NCBI RefSeq assembly: GCF_007692705.1
Contig: NZ_REBN01000124.1
Coordinates: 37,712 to 101,711 of the forward strand
DNA from: Mongoliibacter sp.
GTDB taxonomy: Bacteria; Bacteroidota; Bacteroidia; Cytophagales; Cyclobacteriaceae
DNA: 64,000 bases
Direction of reading: 5' to 3'
Below the pieces are notes generated by a model that saw nothing but the letters and a program-made list of their open reading frames with translations, did not search any database and was not told the origin of the DNA. This document shows positions 47,885-57,318 of the stretch, one piece after another. Each line of letters starts with the position of its first letter. The first letter of the stretch is position 1. Position numbers and translations under genes: made by a program.

Positions 47885-49840
47885 TTAATTATCAATTTCT
47901 TTTTGTTGCTGAAGTTTAAGTTGCATTTCTTTGAGTTCTTTTTTGAGTTCCATCATTTCAGTTTCATGTGTTTTTCTCCATTCTTCCATTTCTTTTTTGA
48001 ACTCTTCCAGCTGAGGTTCATTTTCTTCTTTCCATTTTGAAACCTGGATTTTATACTCTTCAATTAGAGGTTTGTTTTTCTCAGACCATTCTTGGATTTG
48101 AGCTGCATTTTTTTCATGCCATTCTTTCTGCTTCTCTTTCCATTCGGCCAACTCTTCTTGGTGTTCGCTTTTCCATTCCTCAATTTTAGCTTTCCTTTCT
48201 TCATTTTGGGCTTGTATGGCTATTCGAAAAGCGGCAGTATTTTCACGGACTTCTTTTTTAAATTGCTCCAATTTCTCCTTGTCCATTTTGGCAGTATCTC
48301 CCTCAAAAGGCCAGGTAGGCATGCGGTAGAATTTCATAGTAGAATCTCTGGGAATGATGATTCTAGGCATATCTTCAAATGATTCTGGACTAGGGAAAGT
48401 TTCCGGATCGAAATCGAATTTGGGCATCTGTCCAAATTCCGGCATGGGTAACTCATGGAGTTTCAGCATGGGCATATTGCTGAAAACCTCAAAGTCAAAA
48501 TCCAGATCCTTGAAAGGCATTTGCCAGTCCTCCAACTTTTTAATGCTCTTCTGTATTCTTTCCCATTCTTCCGGGGACAGCTGATATTTTTCTGCCATCA
48601 GGGTATCCATTCGGAATTTCTCTCCCCTTTTGGTTTTTGTGGTATCTATGAAGGCAATGTTACCGGAATCGTCTATTCTGATGATGACTCCTTCTTCAGT
48701 AATGATGTTTTTCTTATTTTTCGTCGTATCAGAAGATGCCAAGTCCAAATCTTTGGTTTCAATTTCAGTCTTTTCTCTTTGAAAATCCTGCTCTTGAGGT
48801 TCTCTTTCGGCACTTACCATCAAGGTAGCGCCGATTATAAGTGTGAGTATCATGGTAATGCTGGTTAAAGTAGTTGGTTGTGTCGTATCTGTTTGATAAC
48901 CCATGATCCGCTTAATTCGGTCTAGGGTAGGGGTAGCTTTTTTGGCTGCAGCCAAGGCCATTTCAGGGCTTTCCTTCTCTGCATGATTGAGCACATTTGC
49001 CAGACCGAAGGCAAGGTCCTTGGGTCTTGTCCCATGGGCGATAGCCAAGTCATCGCAGGCCATTTCCCGGTATTTACGGATTTCCATATTGATCCACCAA
49101 AATACTGGGTGGAAGAAAAATATCACCTCCGCTGTCCTTTGTAGGAGATTGATGAGATAATCAAATCTTTTGATGTGGGCCAATTCATGAGCTATAATAG
49201 CTTCTAATTGTAGAGGGTTGATTTGGAGCAATAGGCTAGTGGGAATGAGTATAACAGGTTTGAAAATTCCGTAGGTAATCGGAGTATCAATATATTTGCT
49301 TTTTAGCAAGCTTAATGGTCTGCTGATTCCCAATTGTTTGGACTTATTCCGTGCATAGGATTGAAGATCCTCACTCAATAGTTCATTTGGCATTCTGTGG
49401 AGATTTCTGATGTCTGACAGACTGCCTGCAAGTCTTATCATGAATAGCATGGCTCCAATCATCCAAATGTTGACCAATGTAGGGAGTTTGGCTTCGATTT
49501 CTGATCTCCAGGATATCGGGATAATCCCGGCATCTTTTTCAGGGTTGAATTGACCTGCCAAGTAAGCCTCTGTCAAAACTTCTTGGGGAATATGACTGAG
49601 ACTTTTAACCTGATTGCCTTTATCCAGATGATACAAAAAGGTCCCAATACTGATGATTGGAATAAACAAAAATGCAGTCAATGCCAGTTTATACTTGAAT
49701 GAGGCTGATTTAGAACTGCTGATTCTTAAAGTCAGCCAAAGAATCAGTCCTATTCCTGCGACCTGCCAAAGGGCATGAATCAACATCCAACCTATGGCAT
49801 AGCCGTATTTTTCAGCCAATATCTGATTGAACCATTCCAT
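47885..49840 (-). CDS. M56 (BlaR1/MecR1-type) metallopeptidase with a non-PBP C-terminal domain
   Basis: HELAH zinc motif, HPVFWW and EMACDD; the C-terminal part is a low-complexity, helical-repeat region. Confidence 0.9.
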   Translation of the reverse strand: MEWFNQILAEKYGYAIGWMLIHALWQVAGIGLILWLTLRISSSKSASFKYKLALTAFLFIPIISIGTFLYHLDKGNQVKSLSHIPQEVLTEAYLAGQFNPEKDAGIIPISWRSEIEAKLPTLVNIWMIGAMLFMIRLAGSLSDIRNLHRMPNELLSEDLQSYARNKSKQLGISRPLSLLKSKYIDTPITYGIFKPVILIPTSLLLQINPLQLEAIIAHELAHIKRFDYLINLLQRTAEVIFFFHPVFWWINMEIRKYREMACDDLAIAHGTRPKDLAFGLANVLNHAEKESPEMALAAAKKATPTLDRIKRIMGYQTDTTQPTTLTSITMILTLIIGATLMVSAEREPQEQDFQREKTEIETKDLDLASSDTTKNKKNIITEEGVIIRIDDSGNIAFIDTTKTKRGEKFRMDTLMAEKYQLSPEEWERIQKSIKKLEDWQMPFKDLDFDFEVFSNMPMLKLHELPMPEFGQMPKFDFDPETFPSPESFEDMPRIIIPRDSTMKFYRMPTWPFEGDTAKMDKEKLEQFKKEVRENTAAFRIAIQAQNEERKAKIEEWKSEHQEELAEWKEKQKEWHEKNAAQIQEWSEKNKPLIEEYKIQVSKWKEENEPQLEEFKKEMEEWRKTHETEMMELKKELKEMQLKLQQQKEIDN

Positions 49841-50214
49841 TATTTTTCATTTTCAAGTTGGTCAAGAAAAGCGCGGATTTCATTGATTTCCTCTTTCGAA
49901 GGATTGCCCTGTCCTAAGGCCTGCATCACTAGGTTTTTGGCAGAACCCCCAAATGCTGCATGCATAAAATTATTGACAAGGCCTTTTTGAGTGACTTTTT
50001 CATCTATGGCAGGGGTGTAAATATGTGTCCTGCTTTTTTCGTCCCTGTTGACCAAGCCCTTGACATGCATGATCTGCATCAGCTTCAGCGTAGTGGTGTA
50101 CCCTGTGTCTTTATTGGAAGAAAGTCGTTCATGGATCTCCCTTACTGTGGCTTTTTTAAGCTCCCAAAGCAAGGCTAAAATTTCAAGTTCGGATTCCGTG
50201 GGTTTAGTTTGCAT
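49840..50214 (-). CDS. BlaI/MecI/CopY family repressor
   Basis: PTESELEILALLW, GYTTTLKLMQIM..KGLV and FGGS motifs. Confidence 0.93.
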   Translation of the reverse strand: MQTKPTESELEILALLWELKKATVREIHERLSSNKDTGYTTTLKLMQIMHVKGLVNRDEKSRTHIYTPAIDEKVTQKGLVNNFMHAAFGGSAKNLVMQALGQGNPSKEEINEIRAFLDQLENEK

Positions 50215-50223
50215 ATGGAGTTC

Positions 50224-50292
50224 TACGATTTATTTCGTACAAAGTTATTTATTCCATATTGTTCTGCAAGAGTTTATACGATTTTTTTCGTA
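50224..50292. promoter_or_regulatory. Two putative BlaI-family operators flanking the blaI promoter
   Basis: TACGA-N6-TCGTA at 50224-50239 and 50277-50292. A minus-strand promoter CTTG-N19-TAACTTTG (50270-50240) lies between them. Confidence 0.75.
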
Positions 50293-50411
50293 CTATTAGA
50301 AAAAATTAACTCAATTATTTCATATGTAGAGTGATATGACATATTGTGGTGACGTTTTTAACTCTTTGATTGAGGTAATAATTTCACGATTCTATTATAT
50401 TGTAGATTATT

Positions 50412-51521
50412 GTGAAAATAGTTCTGATGAAAAATGTTTTTTACCTATTGTTGTTGACAGTGCTTTTTAGTACCTGTATCGATCCTTACGAGGTCAACAC
50501 CCAACTCGAGGAGCGCGCTTTGGCCGTAGAGGGGTATATCACTACTGTACCAGGAATTCAGGAAATCAGGTTGAGAAGGGCAGAAGTATTTGGGCCTGAT
50601 TTTATTGGGATAAACAAACCCGAAGGTTTGGCAAAAGTCTTGGTGAGGGATGACTTGGGAAGGGTTATAAGTTTTGAAGAGCAGGAAGAAAGAGGGCTAT
50701 ATTTTACGGAAGAAGATTTCGCTGCAGAAGTTGGAAGAAGCTATAACCTCGAAATCATCACCCAAAATAAAAAGCGATATGTTTCAAGACCTGAGTTGGT
50801 AAAACCTGTACCTGAATTGGACTCTGTAACCTACAGGGCAGTTAGGACTCCTGGCTCGGATAGAATGAATGATGAATATGGTGTACAGGTTTTAGCCCAT
50901 TTTCAAGACCCACCTGAAGAGGATAACTTTTATTTTTGGAGAACTTTGGAATCAACATTTGTTTTGGTATCCGAACCTGAAATTTTAACGTCTGGCCCTG
51001 CAGGCATGCCACAATGTCCGCCTTGTTGTGAAAGTATTTGCTTTCATACGGATTTGCCAAAACCAGGCAATATTGTAACGGTCAGCGATACGGATTTCAA
51101 TGGCTTATATCAAAATAGGGTCATCGCTTATGTTGAAGACAATGGAACGAGATTTAAAGATACATATAGGCTTGAGTTGCAGCACATGTCTGTCACACAA
51201 GAAACACAAAGGTACTTGCAGTTGGTGGACCAACAATTACGGTTAACGGGTTCTGTATTTGACCCCCCTCCTGCAAATATTAGGGGGAATATAATTAACC
51301 TGGAAGACCCTGAGGAATTGGTTCTGGGTCAGTTTTATGCTGTAGATGTGGTGGAAGTTCAGCTTTATATTCAGAGGGATAAGTTAGAATTTTACAAAAG
51401 GCCTCAAAATTTCATCTATAGATGTTGTATCCACTATCTTTACCAAGATCCCCGTACGCAATATGTTGCGCCGTTGTTATCGACAACCCCACCCGCTGAT
51501 TGGAATCCACCAAGAAATTGA
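50412..51521 (+). CDS. DUF4249 family lipoprotein (paralog 1)
   Basis: Lipobox FSTC-IDP, VEGYIT, FDPPPANIRGNI and LGQF motifs; ATG at 50427 is possible. Confidence 0.85.
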   Translation: MKIVLMKNVFYLLLLTVLFSTCIDPYEVNTQLEERALAVEGYITTVPGIQEIRLRRAEVFGPDFIGINKPEGLAKVLVRDDLGRVISFEEQEERGLYFTEEDFAAEVGRSYNLEIITQNKKRYVSRPELVKPVPELDSVTYRAVRTPGSDRMNDEYGVQVLAHFQDPPEEDNFYFWRTLESTFVLVSEPEILTSGPAGMPQCPPCCESICFHTDLPKPGNIVTVSDTDFNGLYQNRVIAYVEDNGTRFKDTYRLELQHMSVTQETQRYLQLVDQQLRLTGSVFDPPPANIRGNIINLEDPEELVLGQFYAVDVVEVQLYIQRDKLEFYKRPQNFIYRCCIHYLYQDPRTQYVAPLLSTTPPADWNPPRN

Positions 51522-52627
51522 TGAAAAAGTTCTTTTTCTACATATCGATCCCTTTTTTACTAATCATAGCTTATGCATGTATAGATGTATTTCCATTTGA
51601 AAATGAAAGGCCCAATGCCTTATTGGGGGTAGAGGGGTATATCACGACTCTACCCAAAGCACACAGCATCAGACTTTCCCGAGCGGACAGGTTTTCACCT
51701 GACTTTAATGGCTTAAATCGACCCGAAACCTTGGCCAAGGTATTGATCAAGGATAACCTTGGTAATGTGGAGCTATTGACGGAGACTACAGCAGGTGTGT
51801 ACCTTACCCGAGAAGACTTTGCCGCAGAAGTGGACAAAACCTATAATTTGGAAATTATCTTAAATGATGGGCGAAGGTATATTTCAATGCCTGAAACGGT
51901 TACTCCTGCTCCTAAGGTTGATTCACTTTCTTACCAAGCAGTAAGGACAGCAACAGAAAACGCCATGGTGGATGAGGTAGGTGTAAGGATTTTTGCTCAT
52001 TTTCAGGATCCGCCTGATGAAAGGAATTTTTACTTCTGGAATATGATGATCTCTGATTTTCAGTTGGTGGCAGAACCGGAGCTGAATCTTAATGGCCCCT
52101 TTCATCCTACCTGTCCAAGGTGTCCAAACCCTCTTGATTGTTGTAGGATATGCTATTTCAGTGAGCGTCCGAGCCCTCCCAATGTGAATACAGCAGAAGA
52201 TTCAGATTTTAATGGTCTTTATCAAAATATGCCCATTGCATATATCAGGGACAATGGACTCCGTTTTAAAGGGATTTACAAAGCAAAAATCCAGCACCTT
52301 TCGGTTTCCCAAGAGGCGCACAGGCATCTGACTTTGATAGGACAACAAGTAGGGCTAACAGGAACCGTATTTGATCCCCCTCCAGCCAATATCAGGGGGA
52401 ACCTCATTAATTTGGATGATCCGGACGATTTGCCTTTAGGCTTTTTCTTTGCTGCTGATGAGGTGCCATTAGAAACTTATATCAAGCCAGAACAGCTTGA
52501 ATTTACTTTTCGTCCTCAGACTTTATTTCCGACAGACTGTAGGGCTTACGTGGTTAGGCTGGGAGTAACAAGACCCATTGACCCGACGATAGCACCAAAT
52601 GACTGGAATCCGAATAGTCTACCTTAA
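51521..52627 (+). CDS. DUF4249 family lipoprotein (paralog 2)
   Basis: AYAC-IDV, VEGYIT and FDPPPANIRGNL motifs; ATG overlaps the upstream TGA. Confidence 0.85.
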   Translation: MKKFFFYISIPFLLIIAYACIDVFPFENERPNALLGVEGYITTLPKAHSIRLSRADRFSPDFNGLNRPETLAKVLIKDNLGNVELLTETTAGVYLTREDFAAEVDKTYNLEIILNDGRRYISMPETVTPAPKVDSLSYQAVRTATENAMVDEVGVRIFAHFQDPPDERNFYFWNMMISDFQLVAEPELNLNGPFHPTCPRCPNPLDCCRICYFSERPSPPNVNTAEDSDFNGLYQNMPIAYIRDNGLRFKGIYKAKIQHLSVSQEAHRHLTLIGQQVGLTGTVFDPPPANIRGNLINLDDPDDLPLGFFFAADEVPLETYIKPEQLEFTFRPQTLFPTDCRAYVVRLGVTRPIDPTIAPNDWNPNSLP

Positions 52628-52636
52628 GAAGAAAAA

Positions 52637-54109
52637 ATGGGAAAAATTTTAAAATTTCTTTTAGTCCTTAGCATTGGCTCTATTTTTATTTCCTGTGAAA
52701 TAGAAGAAGTAGGTTCCTTGAGTTTACAAACCGAAGAAATAGTGAACGTCAGCGGTGAACGTGCTGTGGTATTGGGAAGGATAGTGGCTTTCGAAAATAT
52801 TCCAGTTGAAGATCATGGCTTTTATTTTTCGAAAGATGAAGGGTTTATGGATCCAATCATTTTGTCATTGGGAGCCACCTCAAGACCGGGAAGGTTTATA
52901 GGAGAAGTCAGCGGGCTGTTTCTAGGTAGGACATATTTTGTAAAGGCATTTATAGTTAGGGACGGAGAATTGATTTTTGCAAATACCCTGAGTTTTGAAA
53001 CTTTGAACCCATCCCTTACTCGGTTTTCCCCTATTTCACAGTTTGGAGGTGGTGAAATTACAATTACCGGGATTAATTTTGGAGATGATGCGGAAGTGTT
53101 TTTTGGAGAAAGGAAGGCGGAGGTGCTTGAAGTTTCTTTTGGTTTTCAGATTAGGGTCAGGGTACCGGAAATTGAAAATACCGCCACTGAGACCATTCGG
53201 GTACTTACCAGGGGAATTGAGTTGACAGCCGAAATACCGTTTAGGTATGCCATAGGAACATTTGAACTCCTAGACAATAGTCCTCTGGAAGGCTTATCCA
53301 TTATTGAAAATGTATATTTTCAAAGTGGAGATAGGTTTTTTGTGGGGATGGGCAGAGATGCTACCAATTTGCCAAGCAATACATTTTGGGAATATAATTT
53401 TTCAAATCAAAATTGGGAAAGGACTGGCTTTGAAGCCAGGATGCAGCGCAGGGCTTCAGATTCCCACTCTGGTTTTTTTGGTGGAGGTTTCTTCCAAACA
53501 AGCGTATTTGGTCCGGAAGTTTTAAGTGATAGTTTTTGGTATTTTGATGGGCAGGAATTCCAGTCTTTACCAGCTGCTCCAATCGATATTGTAGGAGGAT
53601 TTGGTTATGAAATCCAAGGTCAATTTTACATTGCAGGAGGATCTTTAGGGGTAGGTACACTTGTCTACAGGTATGATCCAAATACTGAAAACTGGGAGAT
53701 TAGACCTAATTTACCTTCCAGAGTTGACAATAGAATGGTGCATTTTGTCTATAATGATCTGCTCTATTGGATTGACCGAGATAATAACCTTACTGCTTAT
53801 AATCCTTTTACAGCTCAATCAGAAGTCGTATCCAAATACCCATCACCTATGGTTGAAAATTCATCGGATTCAGGGGGCTTCGGATTGGTAATTGGAAATA
53901 GTGTTTTTATAGGTCTGTATGACAATGCCCGCGAAATTTGGGAGTTGGATATGGAAACCATGGAATGGATCCGAAAGCGGAATTTTGGAGGAGACACAAG
54001 AGGGAGGATTTCTGGAGCATTTCACAAAGACGGGAACCTATATTTTCTTCGTTCTTACTTGATTAATCCCAGAACTGAGTTTTGGAAGTTTGATCCTGAA
54101 GGGTTTTAG
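52637..54109 (+). CDS. Lipoprotein with fibronectin-like and IPT/TIG domains and a kelch-type propeller
   Basis: Lipobox FISC, ITITGINFG...VFFG (IPT) and repeated GG...W(E/Y)Y kelch-like blades. Confidence 0.75.
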   Translation: MGKILKFLLVLSIGSIFISCEIEEVGSLSLQTEEIVNVSGERAVVLGRIVAFENIPVEDHGFYFSKDEGFMDPIILSLGATSRPGRFIGEVSGLFLGRTYFVKAFIVRDGELIFANTLSFETLNPSLTRFSPISQFGGGEITITGINFGDDAEVFFGERKAEVLEVSFGFQIRVRVPEIENTATETIRVLTRGIELTAEIPFRYAIGTFELLDNSPLEGLSIIENVYFQSGDRFFVGMGRDATNLPSNTFWEYNFSNQNWERTGFEARMQRRASDSHSGFFGGGFFQTSVFGPEVLSDSFWYFDGQEFQSLPAAPIDIVGGFGYEIQGQFYIAGGSLGVGTLVYRYDPNTENWEIRPNLPSRVDNRMVHFVYNDLLYWIDRDNNLTAYNPFTAQSEVVSKYPSPMVENSSDSGGFGLVIGNSVFIGLYDNAREIWELDMETMEWIRKRNFGGDTRGRISGAFHKDGNLYFLRSYLINPRTEFWKFDPEGF

Positions 54110-54157
54110 GCTGGAAATTGTTGTGAAAATTTAAGAGTATAGTTAATCTGAATAGAA

Positions 54158-55252
54158 GTGAAAGCAAGTAGGGTATTAATAGTGTTTATGATTGCCATTG
54201 CGAGCTGTATAGATCCCTTTGAAGTTTCAAGTTTGATGCCAGAGGGTTTGATAAATATTGAGGCTTTTATAACCAGTACACCGCAAGTACAACAAATAAG
54301 AATTTCTAGAGCGGGGATTTATGGTCCAGAGATAGTAGGACGGAATCTGCCGGTCAGGAGTGCTGTAGTCTTGGTAAAGGATGATTTAGGGAATGTAGAA
54401 AGGTTTTTTGAAAGTCAGGAGGCCGGTGTATACCAAAGTTCATCAGATTTTTCGGCTAAAGTAGGCAGGTCTTATAATTTGGATATCACGTTAAGTGACG
54501 GTGATAGACTGGTATCTTTGCCGGAGAGGGTAACGGCCGTACCTCAAATGGATTCTGTTACTTACAGTGCCGTTAGAACCCCTTCAACCGATCCCATGAT
54601 TGATGAAATTGGCGTACAGGTTTTGGGCCATTTTCAAGACCCTGCTGACGAACAAAACTTTTATTACTGGAAGATGCTGGAGTCAGATTTTGTCTTAATC
54701 GCAGAACCTGAGCTGTTTAGTCTGCCACCTACACATCCTACCTGTCCGCGATGTCCGGCGCCAAAGGCTTGCTGCGCACGTTGTTTTCATAAGGAAATAC
54801 CCAGACCTGCCAATATCAATACGGTGGAAGACTCAGATTTTAATGGCAAATACCAAAGCAGGGTAATCGCCTATGTAAGAGATAACGGATTGCGATTCAA
54901 AGAAACCTACAGGCTTGATATTGAACACATGTCAGTCAGTGCTGAAGGCCATAGGTACCTCAAGTTGTCTGACCAGCAATTGCGACTTACAGGTTCAGTT
55001 TTTGATCCTCCTCCCGCCAACATCCGTGGGAATGTCATCAACCTCAATCGACCCGAAGAACAGGTACTGGGTTACTTTTTTGCTTCAGATGTTCAGCTAT
55101 TGAGGGTTTATATCCATAGGGACAGGTTGGAATTTTTTTTAAGGCCACAATTAATTGTGCCGGATGATTGTAGGAATTATTTACAACAAGCTTCTGGTTT
55201 TCCTATGCCTTTTTTACCCACAGATCCTCCAGCCGATTGGGATGGCTTTTAA
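54158..55252 (+). CDS. DUF4249 family lipoprotein (paralog 3)
   Basis: IASC-IDP, FDPPPANIRGNV and LGYF motifs. Confidence 0.85.
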   Translation: MKASRVLIVFMIAIASCIDPFEVSSLMPEGLINIEAFITSTPQVQQIRISRAGIYGPEIVGRNLPVRSAVVLVKDDLGNVERFFESQEAGVYQSSSDFSAKVGRSYNLDITLSDGDRLVSLPERVTAVPQMDSVTYSAVRTPSTDPMIDEIGVQVLGHFQDPADEQNFYYWKMLESDFVLIAEPELFSLPPTHPTCPRCPAPKACCARCFHKEIPRPANINTVEDSDFNGKYQSRVIAYVRDNGLRFKETYRLDIEHMSVSAEGHRYLKLSDQQLRLTGSVFDPPPANIRGNVINLNRPEEQVLGYFFASDVQLLRVYIHRDRLEFFLRPQLIVPDDCRNYLQQASGFPMPFLPTDPPADWDGF

Positions 55253-55360
55253 TGACAAATAAAGTGGAGTATGCGAATAGGTTTTGAACACCATTACCTG
55301 AACTAAACACTTTGCATAATAGTTGTATATACACATATTTTAAAAAACCAACTATTTAAT

Positions 55361-56464
55361 ATGAGTAAACAACCATTATTGCAAGAATTAATATTAGGTG
55401 ACCTAAAGTTGAAAAATAGGGTAGTCATGGCCCCTATGACCCGTAGTCGTGCTGATAATCCTGAAAATGCCCCTACAGAAATGCATGTAAAATATTACAT
55501 ACAACGTGCGTCTGCTGGGTTGATCATCACAGAAGGTTCACAGATTTCCAAAAAAGCTGTAGGATATATCAATACACCGGGAATTTATTCCTCTGCTCAG
55601 GTAGCGGGATGGAAAAAAGTGACCCAAGCGGTGCATGACAAAGGCGGAAAGATTTTTATTCAGTTGTGGCATGTTGGCAGGATTTCTCATCCTGACTTTC
55701 ATGACGGAGATTTACCCCATGCTCCTTCAGCGATAAACCCAAATGCTAAATCATTTACCCTGAAAGGTTTTAAGGATACAGTCACTCCCAAAGAAATGAC
55801 CTTGGAGGATATTCAGCAGACCATTTTAGATTTTAGAAATGCAGCAAAAAATGCCTGGGAGGCAGGGTTTGATGGAGTAGAAATTCATTCTTCCAATGGA
55901 TATCTTCTGCACCAGTTTTTCAGTAGAACATCCAACACAAGAATTGATGGCTACGGAGGTTCCATTGAAAATCGGGCTAAAATATTATTTGAAATAATTG
56001 ATGCCATCAAACAGGGAATACCTGAAAATAGAATCGGTTTGAGGCTGAATCCATCGCTCCATGGCATTTTTGGAATGACTATGGACGAAGAAAGTATTCC
56101 AACTTTTGATTATATCATAGAAAAGCTAAATGCCTATGATCTGTCTTATCTGCATCTTTCAGAGCCTTTTAATGATGTTTCGGAGGTGTCTTTTGCTGAA
56201 CCTGAAATTGCTAAAAGATATAGACCTATCTATAAGGGCAATTTGATGATCAATGCAGGATTTGATCAGGAAAAAGGTAACCGATATATTTTGGAAGGAC
56301 TTGCAGATGCTGTTGCTTATGGAAAACCGTATGTTTCAAATCCGGATTTGGTCGAGAGATTTGAAGCAGGTGCTGAACTCGCCCCATGGGATTCTGACAC
56401 ATTTTATACTCCAGGTGAAAAAGGATACACAGACTACCCTTCACTAAAGGAGGAAAAAGTTTGA
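55361..56464 (+). CDS. Old yellow enzyme family alkene reductase
   Basis: MAPMTRSRA, QLWHVGR, GFDGVEIHSSNGYL and RIDGYGGS motifs. Confidence 0.95.
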   Translation: MSKQPLLQELILGDLKLKNRVVMAPMTRSRADNPENAPTEMHVKYYIQRASAGLIITEGSQISKKAVGYINTPGIYSSAQVAGWKKVTQAVHDKGGKIFIQLWHVGRISHPDFHDGDLPHAPSAINPNAKSFTLKGFKDTVTPKEMTLEDIQQTILDFRNAAKNAWEAGFDGVEIHSSNGYLLHQFFSRTSNTRIDGYGGSIENRAKILFEIIDAIKQGIPENRIGLRLNPSLHGIFGMTMDEESIPTFDYIIEKLNAYDLSYLHLSEPFNDVSEVSFAEPEIAKRYRPIYKGNLMINAGFDQEKGNRYILEGLADAVAYGKPYVSNPDLVERFEAGAELAPWDSDTFYTPGEKGYTDYPSLKEEKV

Positions 56465-56474
56465 TAAAACAATT

Positions 56475-56500
56475 AAAGGCCGAGATATTTCGGCCTTTTT
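56475..56500 (+). terminator. Rho-independent terminator after the OYE gene
   Basis: AAAGGCCGA-gatatt-TCGGCCTTTTT. Confidence 0.8.
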
Positions 56501-56514
56501 AGTATTTTGCACCT

Positions 56515-57303
56515 ATGTGTTTACTAGCTTTTAACTGGAATGATCATCCAGACTACAAGTTGATTCTTGTAGCTAACAGAGACGAGTTTTTTGAAAGACC
56601 CTCTCAGCAACTTCATCAATGGGAATCCGGTATATTTGCAGGTAAAGATCTCCGTGCTGGTGGTACCTGGCTGGGCATGCATCCAAGTGGGAGATTTGCC
56701 GCTTTGACCAATTACCGCGACTTGAAAAATCTTCAAAAGTACGAAAAGTCTAGAGGTGACCTTGTTAAAAACTACCTGGAAGGACAGCAAGATCCTCTCG
56801 AATACCTCAAGGAAATTGAAGCAGAAATGCAGGATTATGATGGTTTCAATTTGCTAATAGGAGATCAGAAAAATTTATATTACCTGTCCAATAAATCCGA
56901 TAAAGGAGTACAGAAACTAGCTCCAGGTATTTACGGATTGAGTAACGCACTGCTTGAAACCCCGTGGAAAAAATTGGTTAAGGCGAAAGAAAACCTGAAG
57001 TCCCATATTTCAAAAGGGGATTTTCAAATGGATTCCTTGATGAAAGGCCAGCATTCCAAGGAAACGGAAGCTCCTGAACTGCTTCCAGACACTGGCGCCA
57101 CTCCAGAACAGGAAATACTATTATCGGCACAATTTATCAATGTAGGTGATTACTACGGTACTGTCAATGGTACTGTTTTACTTTGGGACCATTCTGGGAA
57201 AGTACGCATGAAGGAGCGGGTTTTTGATCAGGTAAAAGGAACATATGAAGATTCAGAGTTGAGCTTTAAAATCAATTCTGAAGTGGAACACAATGCCCGA
57301 TAA
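56515..57303 (+). CDS. NRDE/TANGO2 family protein
   Basis: MC N-terminus, ANRDEF, GGTWLG, ALTNYR and LSNA motifs. Confidence 0.93.
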   Translation: MCLLAFNWNDHPDYKLILVANRDEFFERPSQQLHQWESGIFAGKDLRAGGTWLGMHPSGRFAALTNYRDLKNLQKYEKSRGDLVKNYLEGQQDPLEYLKEIEAEMQDYDGFNLLIGDQKNLYYLSNKSDKGVQKLAPGIYGLSNALLETPWKKLVKAKENLKSHISKGDFQMDSLMKGQHSKETEAPELLPDTGATPEQEILLSAQFINVGDYYGTVNGTVLLWDHSGKVRMKERVFDQVKGTYEDSELSFKINSEVEHNAR

Positions 57304-57318
57304 GCCTGTTAGTTAAAC

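Noticed and set aside
56515-57303. NRDE/TANGO2 protein as a heme chaperone for the oxidase clusters
   Set aside because: It is more than 20 kb from those clusters, shows no shared regulatory box, and the heme role of this family is disputed.
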